Shown in pieces: positions 10,531 to 21,873 of a DNA stretch of 64,000 nucleotides. The first letter of the stretch is position 1. Every line of letters begins with the position of its first letter. Origin of the DNA: an uncultured Planctomycetota bacterium. Lineage in GTDB: Bacteria; Planctomycetota; Planctomycetia; Pirellulales; Lacipirellulaceae. The stretch spans positions 32,001 to 96,000 of the forward strand of contig CAVRBU010000018.1 in the NCBI GenBank assembly GCA_963719315.1. Reading direction: 5' to 3'. The notes beneath the pieces were generated by a model. The model was not told the origin of the DNA and ran no database searches. It was given only the letters and a program-made list of their open reading frames with translations. Position numbers and translations under genes: made by a program.

Positions 10531-12871
10531 ATGGCGAAGAGCAACGCCGTTTGGGGCATCGATATCGGGCAATGCGCGCTGAAAGCGCTGCGTTGCCGGC
10601 CGCACGAAAAGGACGACAACGGATTGGTTGTCGAGGCCTTCGACTATATCGAATATCCCAAAATCCTCACCCAGCCCGAAGCCAATCGCGACGAGCTCAT
10701 CAAAGAGGCGCTCGATCAATTCATCTCGCGCAACGACGTGGCCGGCGAGAGCGTGGCCATCGCCGTTCCTGGCCAAAGCGGTTTGGCCCGCTTCATCAAG
10801 TTGCCGCCGGTCGAGCGCAAGAAAATTCCCGATATCGTCAAGTACGAAGCGCGGCAACAGATTCCGTTCGCGCTCGAAGACGTCGTCTGGGACTACCAGC
10901 CCCTCGTCGGCAGCGAAGACGAAGGCTACGCGATCGAAACAGAAGTCGGCCTGTTCGCGATGAAGCGCGATCAAGTGGCCCGCGCGCTCAAACCGCTCGA
11001 ACAAGCCGGCATCCCGGTCGAAATCATCCAGCTAGCGCCGCTCGCAATTTACAATTTCGTTTGCTACGACCGGCTGAATGTCGAAGGCGCTTACGATCCG
11101 GCGAACCCGCCGCCCTCCACGGTCATCATTTCGCTCGGCACCGATACGACCGACCTCGTCATCACGAACGGCTATCGAGTTTGGCAGCGGAGCATCCCCA
11201 TCGGTGGGAATCACTTTACCAAGGCGCTTACCAAAGAGCTCAAGCTCACGTTCGCCAAGGCCGAGCACCTCAAACGCAACGCCATGAAGGCCGAGAACCC
11301 GAAGGCCGTGTTCCAGGCGATGCGGCCCGTGTTCAGCGATCTGGTCGCCGAAATCCAGCGCTCGATCGGCTTTTTCACGAGCAACAATCGCAACGCCAAG
11401 CTGGGCGATATGGTCGCGCTCGGCAACCCGATGAAGTTGCCCGGTCTGCAACGCTTCTTGTCGCAGAATCTCGATCAAGAGGTCAAGCTGCTCGACCAGT
11501 TCAACAATCTCGTGGGCGGCACGGCGACCGCTGGGCCGCAGTTCAAAGACAACCAGCTCACGTTCGGCGTCGCGTATGGTTTGTGCGTGCAAGCGCTCGA
11601 TACGCGCAGCTCCGCACCAACTTGCTGCCGCAGGAAATCGTGACCACGCGGCTGGTGAAGGCCAAGAAGCCGTGGGCCGTCGCGGCGGTTGCCCTACTGC
11701 TGCTGGGGCTGACGATCAATTACTTCGGTCACTATCTATCCCTTTTGAGCGCCGATACGACCGATCCGCAGATGTCCCAAGCCCTTACTTCGGCCAAGTC
11801 CACGGCGGCAGAAGCCAAGAAGTTGGCCGATGATCACAGCGCGCTGAAAACCGAATTCGAGCGCATCTCGGCGATTGGCGAAAGTCTGCAAAGCAACGTG
11901 GATGGCCGATTGCTGTGGCTCGAAGTATTGAAGGCAATCGAGGCCGCGCTCCCCAAAGACACGCGTCCACCCGAGCAGCATCAAGAAACCGAAGAGGACA
12001 TTGCCAAGCGACCGGAACTGCACATTCAATCGATGGATTGCGAGTACTTTGCCGACCTGACACCGTGGCACGCCAGCATTGAGAAGTATTTGATGAAGTC
12101 GGGAGCGCCGCCGCGCCCGCCGCGCAACCGGAAGCGCCGGGCGACGCGAACGCGGCCACTTCCGCCGATGGCCAGCCCGTGCCCGAGGCGCCGCCGGGCA
12201 CGCCGCCCGCAGGCGAAGCCGCGCCGCCGGAGCCGCCGCCGCCGGCAGATACCGCCGCAACCACTCCGCCCGCCGAAGGCGCTCTCCCTGCGGTCGATCC
12301 AGTCACTGGCCAACCGATCGAAGGCGCGGCCGGCACGGGCTTAGCAGCCGGTGGCTGGGTGATCGAGCTCAAAGGCTATCATTTGCACAACAATCTGCCC
12401 GACAAGAATATCAACGTCGGCGACGAAGGCGAACAATTCGTGACTCACACCCTGCTCAAAAGCCTTCGAACCGGTAGCGTGATGCTCCCGGATGGCCCCG
12501 GCGGAAAGCTCATCGAGGTTCCGATTGCGGATCTGGGCATCCAATACCCCGTCGTGGTTACGCAACTCAAGACCCAGACCGTGACGTACATGGCCGAACC
12601 GATCGACCCCAATAGCCCCGGCGGCATGCCAATGGCGGGGCCCGGTCTGGAATTGTCGGGCGCCGCGATCGGCGGCGTTCCGGGGCAACAAGTTCCGAAG
12701 ACATTCAAGTTGCGCCAGTACGATTTCATTGTTCAATTCTGCTGGCAGCCCGAGCCGCGCGGCAAGCGGATCGAGAAGATGGCTCAAAAGAAAAATGCCG
12801 CGCCTGCTGCGGCCGAGCCTAGCACTGCCGCCGTCGGCACCGAGCCGGACGGAACCGGCCCTAGTTCGTAG
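10531..12871 (+). CDS. pilM: Type IV pilus assembly protein PilM fused to a PilN-like membrane/periplasmic region; frameshifts near 11605 and 12110
   Basis: WGIDIGQCALKA, YEARQQIPF, IPIGGNHFT, EIQRSIGFF; continuation RTNLLPQE + TM helix (PilN-type NLLP motif) in the next frame. Confidence 0.8.
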
Positions 12872-12881
12872 GAGTTCGTCA

Positions 12882-14398
12882 ATGGATCAAGTTCGCACGA
12901 TTCTTAGTTGGTTGCAGCGCCAACACTTCTGGGTGTTGTCGGGCGTCGTCGCGCTGATCGGGTTCGTTTGCTGGTGGAGCGCCGCGCGAAAATTGACCGC
13001 CCTCTACGACACGAACCAAAAGACGATCACCGCGGAATTTGGAAATCTGAAACAAGTCCGCGATACGCCGTTCCATCCCAACCAGGCGATCATCGAGCGG
13101 CAAGAAGCCGAGAAGAAGAAGCAAGAAGAGAGCGTCACCAAGCTCTGGCAGCAGCTTTACGATCGGCAGCGCGCCCAAGTGTTGCAATGGCCGACGGCGC
13201 TCAACAAGGCCTTTCGCGATGCCGTCGAAAAAATGCAATTCAACGACGACATTCCGCCCGAGCTGCGCAATCACTACCAGAACTACATCGAACGCCATTA
13301 TCCGGAAATGCCGAAGATGATCGGCGCTCGCCCGCTCGAAGCGACTGCCGGAGCCGGCGGCGGCTTCAATGAATTTAGTCGCGGCAACAGGTTTGAAGCC
13401 GAGGGCGGATCGGGGCTCGCGCCCGGAACCATGCCCGAGGACAACGACTACATCTGCGAATGGTCGGATCAGGATCAAAGCATCGTCCGTTCGGAACTGG
13501 ACTTTCCGGAACGACCCTCGTCGCTGCGAATCTGGGTGACGCAAGAGGATCTGTGGGTCTACGAAACCTTGCTCGATGTGATCGCCAAAACCAACCGGGC
13601 GGCCAACGCCACGCGAATGACCAACGCGGCGGTAAAAGTTGTCTATTCCTTGGAAGTCGGCAGCCGCGCGCGCCCTACAGCCGGCAGCCGGATCGCCTGG
13701 CCGTCAAACCGGCCGTCCCGGCGGCAACCATGGGACCAGAAGGCGGCCCAGCGGGCGCGGCGATGGGCGTCGAAGGCGGAGAAGCGCGACAAAGGATGAT
13801 GCCGGGCGAAGGTCGCGGAGGAGGAATGTACGGCAACACCGCGATGTCTCCCGCCCAAGAACAAACCTATCTGCTCTCGGGCCGATACTTGGACGACAAG
13901 GGCCTGCCAATTCCCGTCGGCGGTGCCGCGGCCGGCCCCGAGGGAGGTCCGCTCCCCACTCCCGATGGAGCCGCCGATCTCGGACCACCGCCGACCGTCG
14001 ATCTGGCCCAGTTTGGCGTCGCATACAAACGGTTGCCCGTGCGGATGGTTCTGCAGATGGACGTCCGTTGGCTGCCGCAGCTCATTACGGCTTGCGCGAA
14101 CGAACCGCTTCGGGTAGAAGTGCAGGAAGTCCGCATTAATCCGTCCGATCTGTCCGGCATGACTTCGGGATTTGGTGGCGGCGGAGGACGATTCGGCGGG
14201 TTCGGCGAACGCGGGTCGTCCGGCGGCGGGGGCGCCAGCGGCGCTAACTTGTTTCCAGACCACTCCGGCATCCAGAACTTCCCCGCGCAACCAAACGTCG
14301 TCGAAGTCGTGATCCAAGGCACCATTTACATCTTCAACAAACCCAATCTGAATCTACTGCAGGCGCCGGGCGGCGCGGCAGTCGCCGTGCAACCATAA
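12882..14398 (+). CDS. Membrane-anchored pilus-cluster protein (PilO-position); frameshift near 13668
   Basis: ATG after AGGAG; N-terminal TM + coiled coil; Gly-rich loops; joins ORFs 12729..13799 and 13460..14398. Confidence 0.6.
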
Positions 14399-14457
14399 GA
14401 TTCGAACGACCGTACCGTGCTGCATTCGCGGTGATGTGATTTTCCAAGGAGCATGCA

Positions 14458-16611
14458 ATGGCAGGCAAACTGAAAGGCCAGGGAGGTATCAAGGGACTGC
14501 TGCTTCTGCACGGTGAGAAGATCGCTATTTCGCTCGTCGGCCTGATCGCCCTCTTGCTCATCTACAAGACGACGTCGCTCCCGCGACTCGAAGACAAGTT
14601 TCAGGCCGCCAAACTCCGCGAAGAAATCAATCAGACCTCATCCGCCGTCCGAGATGCACAGTGGCCGGAGCCCACCAGTGAGTTGGCCACCGAAGTGCGG
14701 CCCTTCAAGCCGATCGGCGAAAAGGCCGATAAGGCGGTCCCCAGCGAGCCCTATAAAATCGATCAAGGCCTGGATACCACGATCGTCGCGTCTTCGGAAC
14801 GGCGCCCCGACCCCCAGTTAGTGAATGCGATGGATGTGCGCGGCACCGGCGGCTCGGGCCTGTTCGCGTTCATCGACGAGGAAGTTCGCAAACAACGCGA
14901 TCTGGCGCGGGCCAAAGAAGAACAAGAGCGCGCCAGAAAAGAAGCCGAGCGACAAGCGAAAGAAGCACAAGCGACGGCCAAGGGCGGCGGCCCTGAAGGC
15001 GGAGCAAATCGCCGCAGCCGTGGACAAGACGCGTTTGGTGAGGGCGCCGCGAATCAATTGTTCGACCCCGCGCATCCCAAGCGCCGCCCGCTCTATGGCA
15101 TGGCCCAAGCGCTCGGCGTTCCGCTCCAAGGCGGCGAGCGCGTCGAACAGGCTTATTGGGCCATTGTCGTCGCCAAGGTGCCGATTCGCGAGCAACTCAA
15201 ACGCTATCAGGATGCCTTTGAAAAAGCCAAGCTGGGCTTCGACCCCGCCCGCGATTTTCCGCAGTACAAGGGCTATTTCGTGCAACGGGCCGAGGTCGTC
15301 CCCGGCAAGGATTTGGACTGGAAACCTGTACCCGTTTACGCCGGCGAGCACAAATTCATCGTGGCCAACCAGCCAATCTCACCCAACGGCGTCGGCCAGC
15401 CGGTAATGGATAAGCTCTACGAAATAGCTAGTAAGACGTGGGCCGGCATGTCGCCCAACGTCATCGATCCGCGCTTTTCCGATTATGTCCTGACCTTCCC
15501 CTTGCCCCCCTTAGTCGGGCGCGATTGGGGCCCAGAGGCTACGCATCCCGATATTCCTTTGCTGGCCGACACGCCTCCGCTCGAAGAAGAGGTCTCGCAA
15601 TTAACCACTGATTCACCCGACCAGCGAAGAGCGGTCGATTCCCCCTTCGGCGCCACCGATCCGACGCTAAGCAACCCGGGTTTCCCGATGCCCGGACGCG
15701 GAGCAGGAATGGGACGCGGAGGATTTCCCGGCTTGGGCGGGCGCTTCGGCGGCGAAGGTGGCGAAAGGAGCTTCAGACCGTCCATGGGACGTGGACCAGA
15801 GGGTGAAGGCTCCCGCGGCCTCGGAGGCGGCGGTCGTTATTCCGGCGGCGGCGCAATGGCAGGCCCCGGCGGAGCTCGCACCAGCTTGCCCAAGGGACTC
15901 GATTATCTGCTGCTGCGATTCTTCGATTTCACGGTCGAACCCGGCAAAAAATATAAGTATCGCGTGTCGCTCGTCTTGTCCGATGCAAACTATTCGATGC
16001 CGGACAACGTCCTAGCCCCTGAGGTGCTCGATCGGCATGCCAAAGAAAATCAAGCGGCGCGGGCGAAGAACTCCGTGCGCCCGGATATCCGACTCGTCGA
16101 AGGCTGGAGCGATCCGAGTCCGACGGTCGGTATTCCGCTCGCCGGCAGCGTGAAATTGGTGGACGTCAAGCCTTGGACGCCCGAAAAGATCAACGACGAG
16201 CCGACCGCCAATTTGCTCGTCGAGGCCTTCGATGTGGATGAAAAGGGGAACGCGATTCAGGCGGCAAATAAGAAGGAATTTCGTCGTGGCGGCGTCGCCA
16301 ATATGGTCGAAGACGCCAAGTACCTCGGCGAAGGCTGGATCGACGTTTGGAAAGGATTCAAATTCAACACCGGCATGACCGTGCTCGATATCGACGGTGG
16401 CAAACAACTTACGAAGAACTACAAATCGCCCGGCCGAGTCCTGCTGATGGGACCGGCGGGCGAGCTCTACATTCGCAATGAGCTGGACGACAAGCTGGCC
16501 GTTCAATACCACGACCTGCTGTATGAAACCGACGACAAACGCAGACCGGGCGGCGAGGGAGGCCCCGAAGCCGGTTTCGGTGGTCGCGGTCGCGGCGGGC
16601 GCGAACGCTAG
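14458..16611 (+). CDS. Membrane-anchored Gly-rich hypothetical protein of the pilus cluster
   Basis: 717-aa ORF with N-terminal TM; FFDFTVEPGKKYKYRVSLVL resembles an FN3-like strand; co-oriented in the cluster. Confidence 0.65.
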   Translation: MAGKLKGQGGIKGLLLLHGEKIAISLVGLIALLLIYKTTSLPRLEDKFQAAKLREEINQTSSAVRDAQWPEPTSELATEVRPFKPIGEKADKAVPSEPYKIDQGLDTTIVASSERRPDPQLVNAMDVRGTGGSGLFAFIDEEVRKQRDLARAKEEQERARKEAERQAKEAQATAKGGGPEGGANRRSRGQDAFGEGAANQLFDPAHPKRRPLYGMAQALGVPLQGGERVEQAYWAIVVAKVPIREQLKRYQDAFEKAKLGFDPARDFPQYKGYFVQRAEVVPGKDLDWKPVPVYAGEHKFIVANQPISPNGVGQPVMDKLYEIASKTWAGMSPNVIDPRFSDYVLTFPLPPLVGRDWGPEATHPDIPLLADTPPLEEEVSQLTTDSPDQRRAVDSPFGATDPTLSNPGFPMPGRGAGMGRGGFPGLGGRFGGEGGERSFRPSMGRGPEGEGSRGLGGGGRYSGGGAMAGPGGARTSLPKGLDYLLLRFFDFTVEPGKKYKYRVSLVLSDANYSMPDNVLAPEVLDRHAKENQAARAKNSVRPDIRLVEGWSDPSPTVGIPLAGSVKLVDVKPWTPEKINDEPTANLLVEAFDVDEKGNAIQAANKKEFRRGGVANMVEDAKYLGEGWIDVWKGFKFNTGMTVLDIDGGKQLTKNYKSPGRVLLMGPAGELYIRNELDDKLAVQYHDLLYETDDKRRPGGEGGPEAGFGGRGRGGRER

Positions 16612-17205
16612 CGATTGCTTCAAATGTGCTTGCAGGTCCTTCTGCCGGATGGAGCCTTTGCTACAAACGGTTTCAAAACCGATTTTTGCAGTCGCTGAAT
16701 TTGCAAATAGCAAATAGTCGCTGAATTTGCAAAAATTCAGTGCATTGCGACGATCTCTGATTTCTTGCGATTCCGTTACGGTTTCGAAACTGCTTTGAAC
16801 CATCGAGCTTCGCGGTGACGCCCAGCTCTCGCTCTGCAAGCGCAGCCTGCTGTTGAGGCAAAGCCTTAATCTGTCATCGTGCTGCCTCGCGTGCAGCCAG
16901 CAGCGCTGACTTGAGCAAATTCTGCAATTCGGCGGAAAGCGGCCTTGACCCGCTAATCCTTCGCCGGTAATTTCCCGCTCCTCATCTGCCAGGAACGGAC
17001 CGCTACAAGACTTTTCACCGATTTCGACTGCGTTTTGGTCGAGCGATCACGGTCGCACCGCGGGCCCGTTCCTAAGAATCCGAACTCGATGCGTTTTAGC
17101 ACGGGCAATTGCACACTAGCCGACATTTGATCGCGATTGGGGCACTGCGCTCGAGGAGAGTGTACGTGCGGTCCACTGCGAGCTGTCGCTAGAAGGAGAA
17201 GCGAG

Positions 17206-20200
17206 TTGAGCGCCACACGAACTCAAATAGCACTTAGGGTTGCTTTGACTCAAATAGTTTTCGCCTGCGTAGCGCCGGGCTTACGCGCCGCAACGCCCGA
17301 GGGCGGCTCGGCCGCATCGCCGGCGGCTCGCGGACCGGCCTCGATGCCCACGTCGCAGAAAGACGCCGACCTGATGCTCCGCGAAGCCCGCGGCGCCATC
17401 GAACAAGGGCGGCTCGTCGAAGCCGAGAAAATCCTCACGCGCGTCGAGAGCGCACACATCAATTTCTCGGTGTTCCACGTCGGCCCGACGCCGGCCTCGG
17501 TCCGCCGCGAATTGGTGCGCGCCCAACGACTGTCGCACGCGGACAGCAAGTCGCCCCATCGCGCCGAGCCAGCCGCCGGCAAGAGTCACTTGCCCTTTGC
17601 CCGCACCGCCGCCGCCAAGCCCAACCCTGTGGAAGATCCGTTCGCCGCGCACAACCTGGCCACCGGTTCTGCCGCCGGCTCACCCGCCCCATCGACGCCG
17701 GGCCGAGACGCGAGCAACGTCTCAGCACCTAAGTCGCTCTCAGCCTCCCACAATTCTCAGCCGGCCAACGCCCGTGTCGAAAATCCGTACGCCGTCATGG
17801 GCCGTAACGCTTCTCCGGCTGCGAATTCGTCTTACGCCGATCAGCTAGGTTCGTTGAGCGGATTGAAGTATCCGGTCACGCCCGCCTCGGCCGAAGAAAA
17901 TCCGTTTCGTGGCACATCCGCGGGCGGTCCCGTTAACGCGGCCGCAACCGAAGATCACAACGCTACGCAGAATTCGCCGCGGGCATTACCGGCTCCATCA
18001 CAGCCGATGAACGCGGCCCCGTCGCGCGCTGCGTCGCCAAAGCAGCAAGTCCAGGCCGAGCTGTCGGCCGCGCGCAAGGCCCTGCAAAATGGCGACATCG
18101 CGCAAGCCGAAAAGCGAACGCAAGCCGCAATCAGCCTGGGCGTTCCGGAATCGGAGTTTCTGCCGGATGAAGATCGCCCCTCCCTGATTGCCTGGGATAT
18201 CACGCGTGCCAAGCAAAAGGGACCGGCGGCGCCGGGCGCCCCGGCCGCCATCGAACGGCTGCCGGCCACGACACAAGCTCGCAACGAATCGCCTGCGCGC
18301 TATGAAGCCTCCTCACGCTACGATATTCAGCAAGCCCAACTTGCCGATCCAGCCGATTCGCCGCTAGGCCGCAACGCGGGCGCGCTCCCCACGGCCTATA
18401 ACGCCGAGGTGGGCCACGTCCGGCAGTCGCCGCCCACGAGTAGCTCGAATCGGCTCGCGTCCACGCCGTCGACCGCCAACGGGCCGGCCTCGAGCCGAAT
18501 CGCGTCGGCCGCCGAACCGCCGACCTCGCACCTTGCCGGTGACGGGCCGCCGATGCTTGCTCCACCCTCGTTCGGCGCGCCCCAAAACGCTCCCGAATCC
18601 TCGCTTCGAATTGCTTCGGCGCCGCTACCGCCGGCTTCGGCGCCGCCCTCCGAGGATTTGCCGCTACCTCAGTCGCCCACCGCCACGCCGGCAGCGGAAC
18701 CCGCTCAACTGCCAATGGAAAACGCCGCGCCTGCCGGGCACGGAAAGGCCACGCTGATCGATACGGCCGACGAAAATCAGCAGGCGCTCGCTCATCAGCT
18801 TTCGGCTGAAATCGGCAAACGCCAGACCGAAGCCCAACAGCTTCTCGAAAAGGATCCCGAGCGCGCGCTCGCGACCTTGCACGAAGCGCAGCAATTGGTG
18901 AACGATTCCAAGCTGCCCGAGTCGGCCCGCCGCGAGCTTTTGAGCCGCATCGACATCACGCTCAAGAAAGCCGAGCACTACACCAGCGACCATCGCGCCG
19001 AGATCGACCTCGACAAGCAGAACGCAACCGTACTTGCCGATCATAAGCACGATCAAGAAATGCGGCTCAAGCTGCAACAAAAGATCGCGGAGAACATCGA
19101 CGAATTCAACCGCTTGAAGGACGAACAGCGTTACGCTGAAGCCGAGATCATCGCCCGCCGCTTGAACGAATTGGCGCCCGATGATCCAGTGGTCGCCCAG
19201 GTTTGGCAGATGGCCAAGTTCCTCCGCCGCGAGATGATGAATCGGCAACTCGCCGACAACAAAGAGCAAAGTGTCTGGAATCAGCTCAACGCCGTCGAGC
19301 AATCGGCCATCAATCCGGTCGCGGAAGACGGTAAAGAAATGACGTTCGATCACAAGTATTGGGGCGAGTTCGTCAAAGACCGCAAAGGCTCCAAGGAGCG
19401 CGTCCAGCGTCACACGGAGCGCGAGTTGGAAATCGAGCGCCGCTTGAAGACGCCCGTCTTGCTCAAATATCAGGACACGCCGCTCACCGAAGTGATGGAA
19501 GGCCTCTCCGAGCTCACCGGAGTGAACGTCCATCTCGATCCCCGCGGGCTCACGCAGGAAGGCGTCAACAGCGACACCCCGGTGACGATCAATCTCACCA
19601 AGGAGGTCCAGCTCAAGAGCGCTCTCAACCTGATCCTCGAGCCGCTCCACTTGAGCTATGTGATCAACGACGAAGTGCTCAAGATCACCAGCGAACAGCT
19701 CCGCGACGGCGAGATCTATCCGCAAACCTATAACGTGGCCGACCTGGTCACGCCGATCCCGAACTTCGTGCCGAGCAGCAATATGGGCCTGCAAGGCATG
19801 ATCAACGAATCCATGGCGGCGGCCGGCCGCGGCAGCCGACCCGGATTCGCCCAGAACGGCCCCAGCGTGCTCGTCAACAATCGCGGCGGATCGCAGCAGG
19901 TCTCCGGCGGCGGCGATAATATCTTGGCCCAGCAATTCAACGCCGCTCCAGCCAGTGGGTTGTCGCCTTCGACGGTGCCGATCGGCGCCGGACCGGGCGG
20001 TATGGGCGCCGCTGCCAACGCCGACTTCGACTCGCTCATCGACCTGATCGTCTCCACGGTCTCGACCGACACCTGGGCCGAAAACGGCGGCGGCACGGCG
20101 GAAATCCGTCCCTTCCCCACCAACCTCAGCCTCGTCATCAGCCAGACGCAGGCCGTACATGAAGAAATTGCCGACCTTTTGCAGCAACTCCGTCGTCTGC

Positions 20201-21207
20201 AGGATCTGCAGGTCACGATCGAAGTTCGCTTCATCCGCCTCAACGATAGCTTCTTCGAGCGAATCGGCATCGACTTCGACTTGAACATCAAAGACACCGG
20301 TGTCAACGCAAACAACGCCAACCAGTTCCAGCCGAACAATCCCAACGGCCTGAGCAACACCGTGGGTCTGCAGCGCGCCGCGCCGCCGATCGCACCCTTC
20401 CCGAATTTCACGACGGACCTGGATATCCCGTTCCGACAGGGTAACTTCAACGTCTCCCTCCCAGCGTTCGGTGGATTCGATCCGAACTCGGCGGCGACGT
20501 TCGGCTTCGCCATCCTCAGCGACATCGAGGCCTTCTTCCTGATCGAAGCCGCCCAAGGCGACAAGCGCACGAATGTGCTCAACGCGCCCAAAGTGACGCT
20601 CTTCAACGGCCAACAGGCGTTCGTCGCCGATGCCACGCAACGGCCCTTCGTGGTCGGCGTCATCCCGGTCGTCGGCGAGTTCGCGTCCGCCCAACAGCCC
20701 GTCATCGTCGTTCTGAACGAAGGCACGATGATGACGATCCAGGCGGTCGTTTCCGATGACCGCCGCTACGTGCGAATGACCATCGTGCCCTTCTTCACGC
20801 AGATCGGAAATGTCGATACGTTCACGTTTGAAGGCTCGTCTTCCACGACGAGTTCCAGCAGCTCGACCGACAACGACGACGACGGCAAGAACGAAAAGAA
20901 GGATAGTAGCGACGCGGCCACGCGCAGCGGCGTCACCGTGCAGTTGCCCTCCTTCTCGTTCGTCTCCGTCGTGACCACGGTCAGCGTGCCCGACGGAGGA
21001 ACCGTGCTGCTCGGCGGAATCAAGCGGCTCTCCGAAGGCCGCAATGAGTTCGGCGTGCCGCTGCTGTCGAAGGTCCCGTACATCAATCGCCTATTCCGCA
21101 ACGTCGGCATCGGCCGCGAGACCGACAGCCTGATGATGATGGTCACGCCGCGAATCATCATCCAGGAAGAGGAAGAAGAACGCCTCCTCGGCGTCGCGGC
21201 GCCGTAA
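17206..21207 (+). CDS. Very large secretin (GspD/PilQ family) with long Pro/Ala-rich N-terminal extension
   Basis: TTG start after AGAAGGAG; C-terminal QVTIEVRF, NAPKVTLFNGQ, VSVPDGGTVLLGG, VPLLSKVPYINRLF, MMMVTPRII secretin motifs. Confidence 0.88.
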   Translation: MSATRTQIALRVALTQIVFACVAPGLRAATPEGGSAASPAARGPASMPTSQKDADLMLREARGAIEQGRLVEAEKILTRVESAHINFSVFHVGPTPASVRRELVRAQRLSHADSKSPHRAEPAAGKSHLPFARTAAAKPNPVEDPFAAHNLATGSAAGSPAPSTPGRDASNVSAPKSLSASHNSQPANARVENPYAVMGRNASPAANSSYADQLGSLSGLKYPVTPASAEENPFRGTSAGGPVNAAATEDHNATQNSPRALPAPSQPMNAAPSRAASPKQQVQAELSAARKALQNGDIAQAEKRTQAAISLGVPESEFLPDEDRPSLIAWDITRAKQKGPAAPGAPAAIERLPATTQARNESPARYEASSRYDIQQAQLADPADSPLGRNAGALPTAYNAEVGHVRQSPPTSSSNRLASTPSTANGPASSRIASAAEPPTSHLAGDGPPMLAPPSFGAPQNAPESSLRIASAPLPPASAPPSEDLPLPQSPTATPAAEPAQLPMENAAPAGHGKATLIDTADENQQALAHQLSAEIGKRQTEAQQLLEKDPERALATLHEAQQLVNDSKLPESARRELLSRIDITLKKAEHYTSDHRAEIDLDKQNATVLADHKHDQEMRLKLQQKIAENIDEFNRLKDEQRYAEAEIIARRLNELAPDDPVVAQVWQMAKFLRREMMNRQLADNKEQSVWNQLNAVEQSAINPVAEDGKEMTFDHKYWGEFVKDRKGSKERVQRHTERELEIERRLKTPVLLKYQDTPLTEVMEGLSELTGVNVHLDPRGLTQEGVNSDTPVTINLTKEVQLKSALNLILEPLHLSYVINDEVLKITSEQLRDGEIYPQTYNVADLVTPIPNFVPSSNMGLQGMINESMAAAGRGSRPGFAQNGPSVLVNNRGGSQQVSGGGDNILAQQFNAAPASGLSPSTVPIGAGPGGMGAAANADFDSLIDLIVSTVSTDTWAENGGGTAEIRPFPTNLSLVISQTQAVHEEIADLLQQLRRLQDLQVTIEVRFIRLNDSFFERIGIDFDLNIKDTGVNANNANQFQPNNPNGLSNTVGLQRAAPPIAPFPNFTTDLDIPFRQGNFNVSLPAFGGFDPNSAATFGFAILSDIEAFFLIEAAQGDKRTNVLNAPKVTLFNGQQAFVADATQRPFVVGVIPVVGEFASAQQPVIVVLNEGTMMTIQAVVSDDRRYVRMTIVPFFTQIGNVDTFTFEGSSSTTSSSSSTDNDDDGKNEKKDSSDAATRSGVTVQLPSFSFVSVVTTVSVPDGGTVLLGGIKRLSEGRNEFGVPLLSKVPYINRLFRNVGIGRETDSLMMMVTPRIIIQEEEEERLLGVAAP

Positions 21208-21227
21208 TCGTTTCCTGCACATTTCGC

Positions 21228-21268
21228 GCTATGCCGCAAGCGACACGCTTCGCCGCTTGCGGCTTAGC
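21228..21268. repeat. REP-like palindrome GCTA(A/T)GCCGCAAGCG.. / GCCGCTTGCGGCTTAGC
   Basis: Inverted pair after the secretin stop; single arms also at 28793-28809, 56490-56506, 63465-63481. Confidence 0.8.
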
Positions 21269-21306
21269 TTTTTCCGTTTCCATTAGCGATCAGCATTGCC
21301 GCCCAC

Positions 21307-21720
21307 ATGTCTTCCCTCTCCCGCCGCTGGATTGCCCTCGGAGCGCTGCTCGGCGCGATTGGCGTCGCGCTCGGCGCCTACGGTGCACACGGTCTGAGCG
21401 ATTTGCTGGAAAACAATCTCGGGTACTCTGGCGACGACCTGCGCCACCGCCTCGCGATCTTCGAAACGGCCGTCCGATACCAGATGTTCCACGCCTTGGC
21501 GCTGGTGTTCACCGGCCTCGCGCTGCAGCAGAAGGAATCGCCCTGGTGGTGGTTTGCCGCCTGGGCCTTTCTGGCCGGCGTCCTGATTTTCAGCGGCCTA
21601 CTGAAAGTGCTGGCCTTCGCCGACCCTAAATGGAACTGGCTCGGCGCAGTCGTCCCCTTCGGCGGCCTCTCTCTAATCACTGGTTGGCTCGCTCTGGCCA
21701 TCGGCGCTCTCCGCAAGTAA
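21307..21720 (+). CDS. DUF423 (YgdD/TMEM256) family membrane protein
   Basis: ALGAYGAHGL, FETAVRYQMFHALAL, IFSGLL, LGAVVPFGG. Confidence 0.88.
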   Translation: MSSLSRRWIALGALLGAIGVALGAYGAHGLSDLLENNLGYSGDDLRHRLAIFETAVRYQMFHALALVFTGLALQQKESPWWWFAAWAFLAGVLIFSGLLKVLAFADPKWNWLGAVVPFGGLSLITGWLALAIGALRK

Positions 21721-21873
21721 CGAATCCGGCTGCCGCTGGCTCTGCCACCCTCTGCCTTCCCCGGCTGCCACTACTGGCTTGCCCAGCAGTGGATGACCGC
21801 GTTACCCTTGCAGCATATCCGTTGTGTTGTCTCTCTATCGCAATCGGACCAAGCAGCTCCCAAGGAACTACGA

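Noticed and set aside
18664..20694. 676-aa minus-strand ORF
   Set aside because: Antisense shadow of the secretin gene, expected in high-GC DNA
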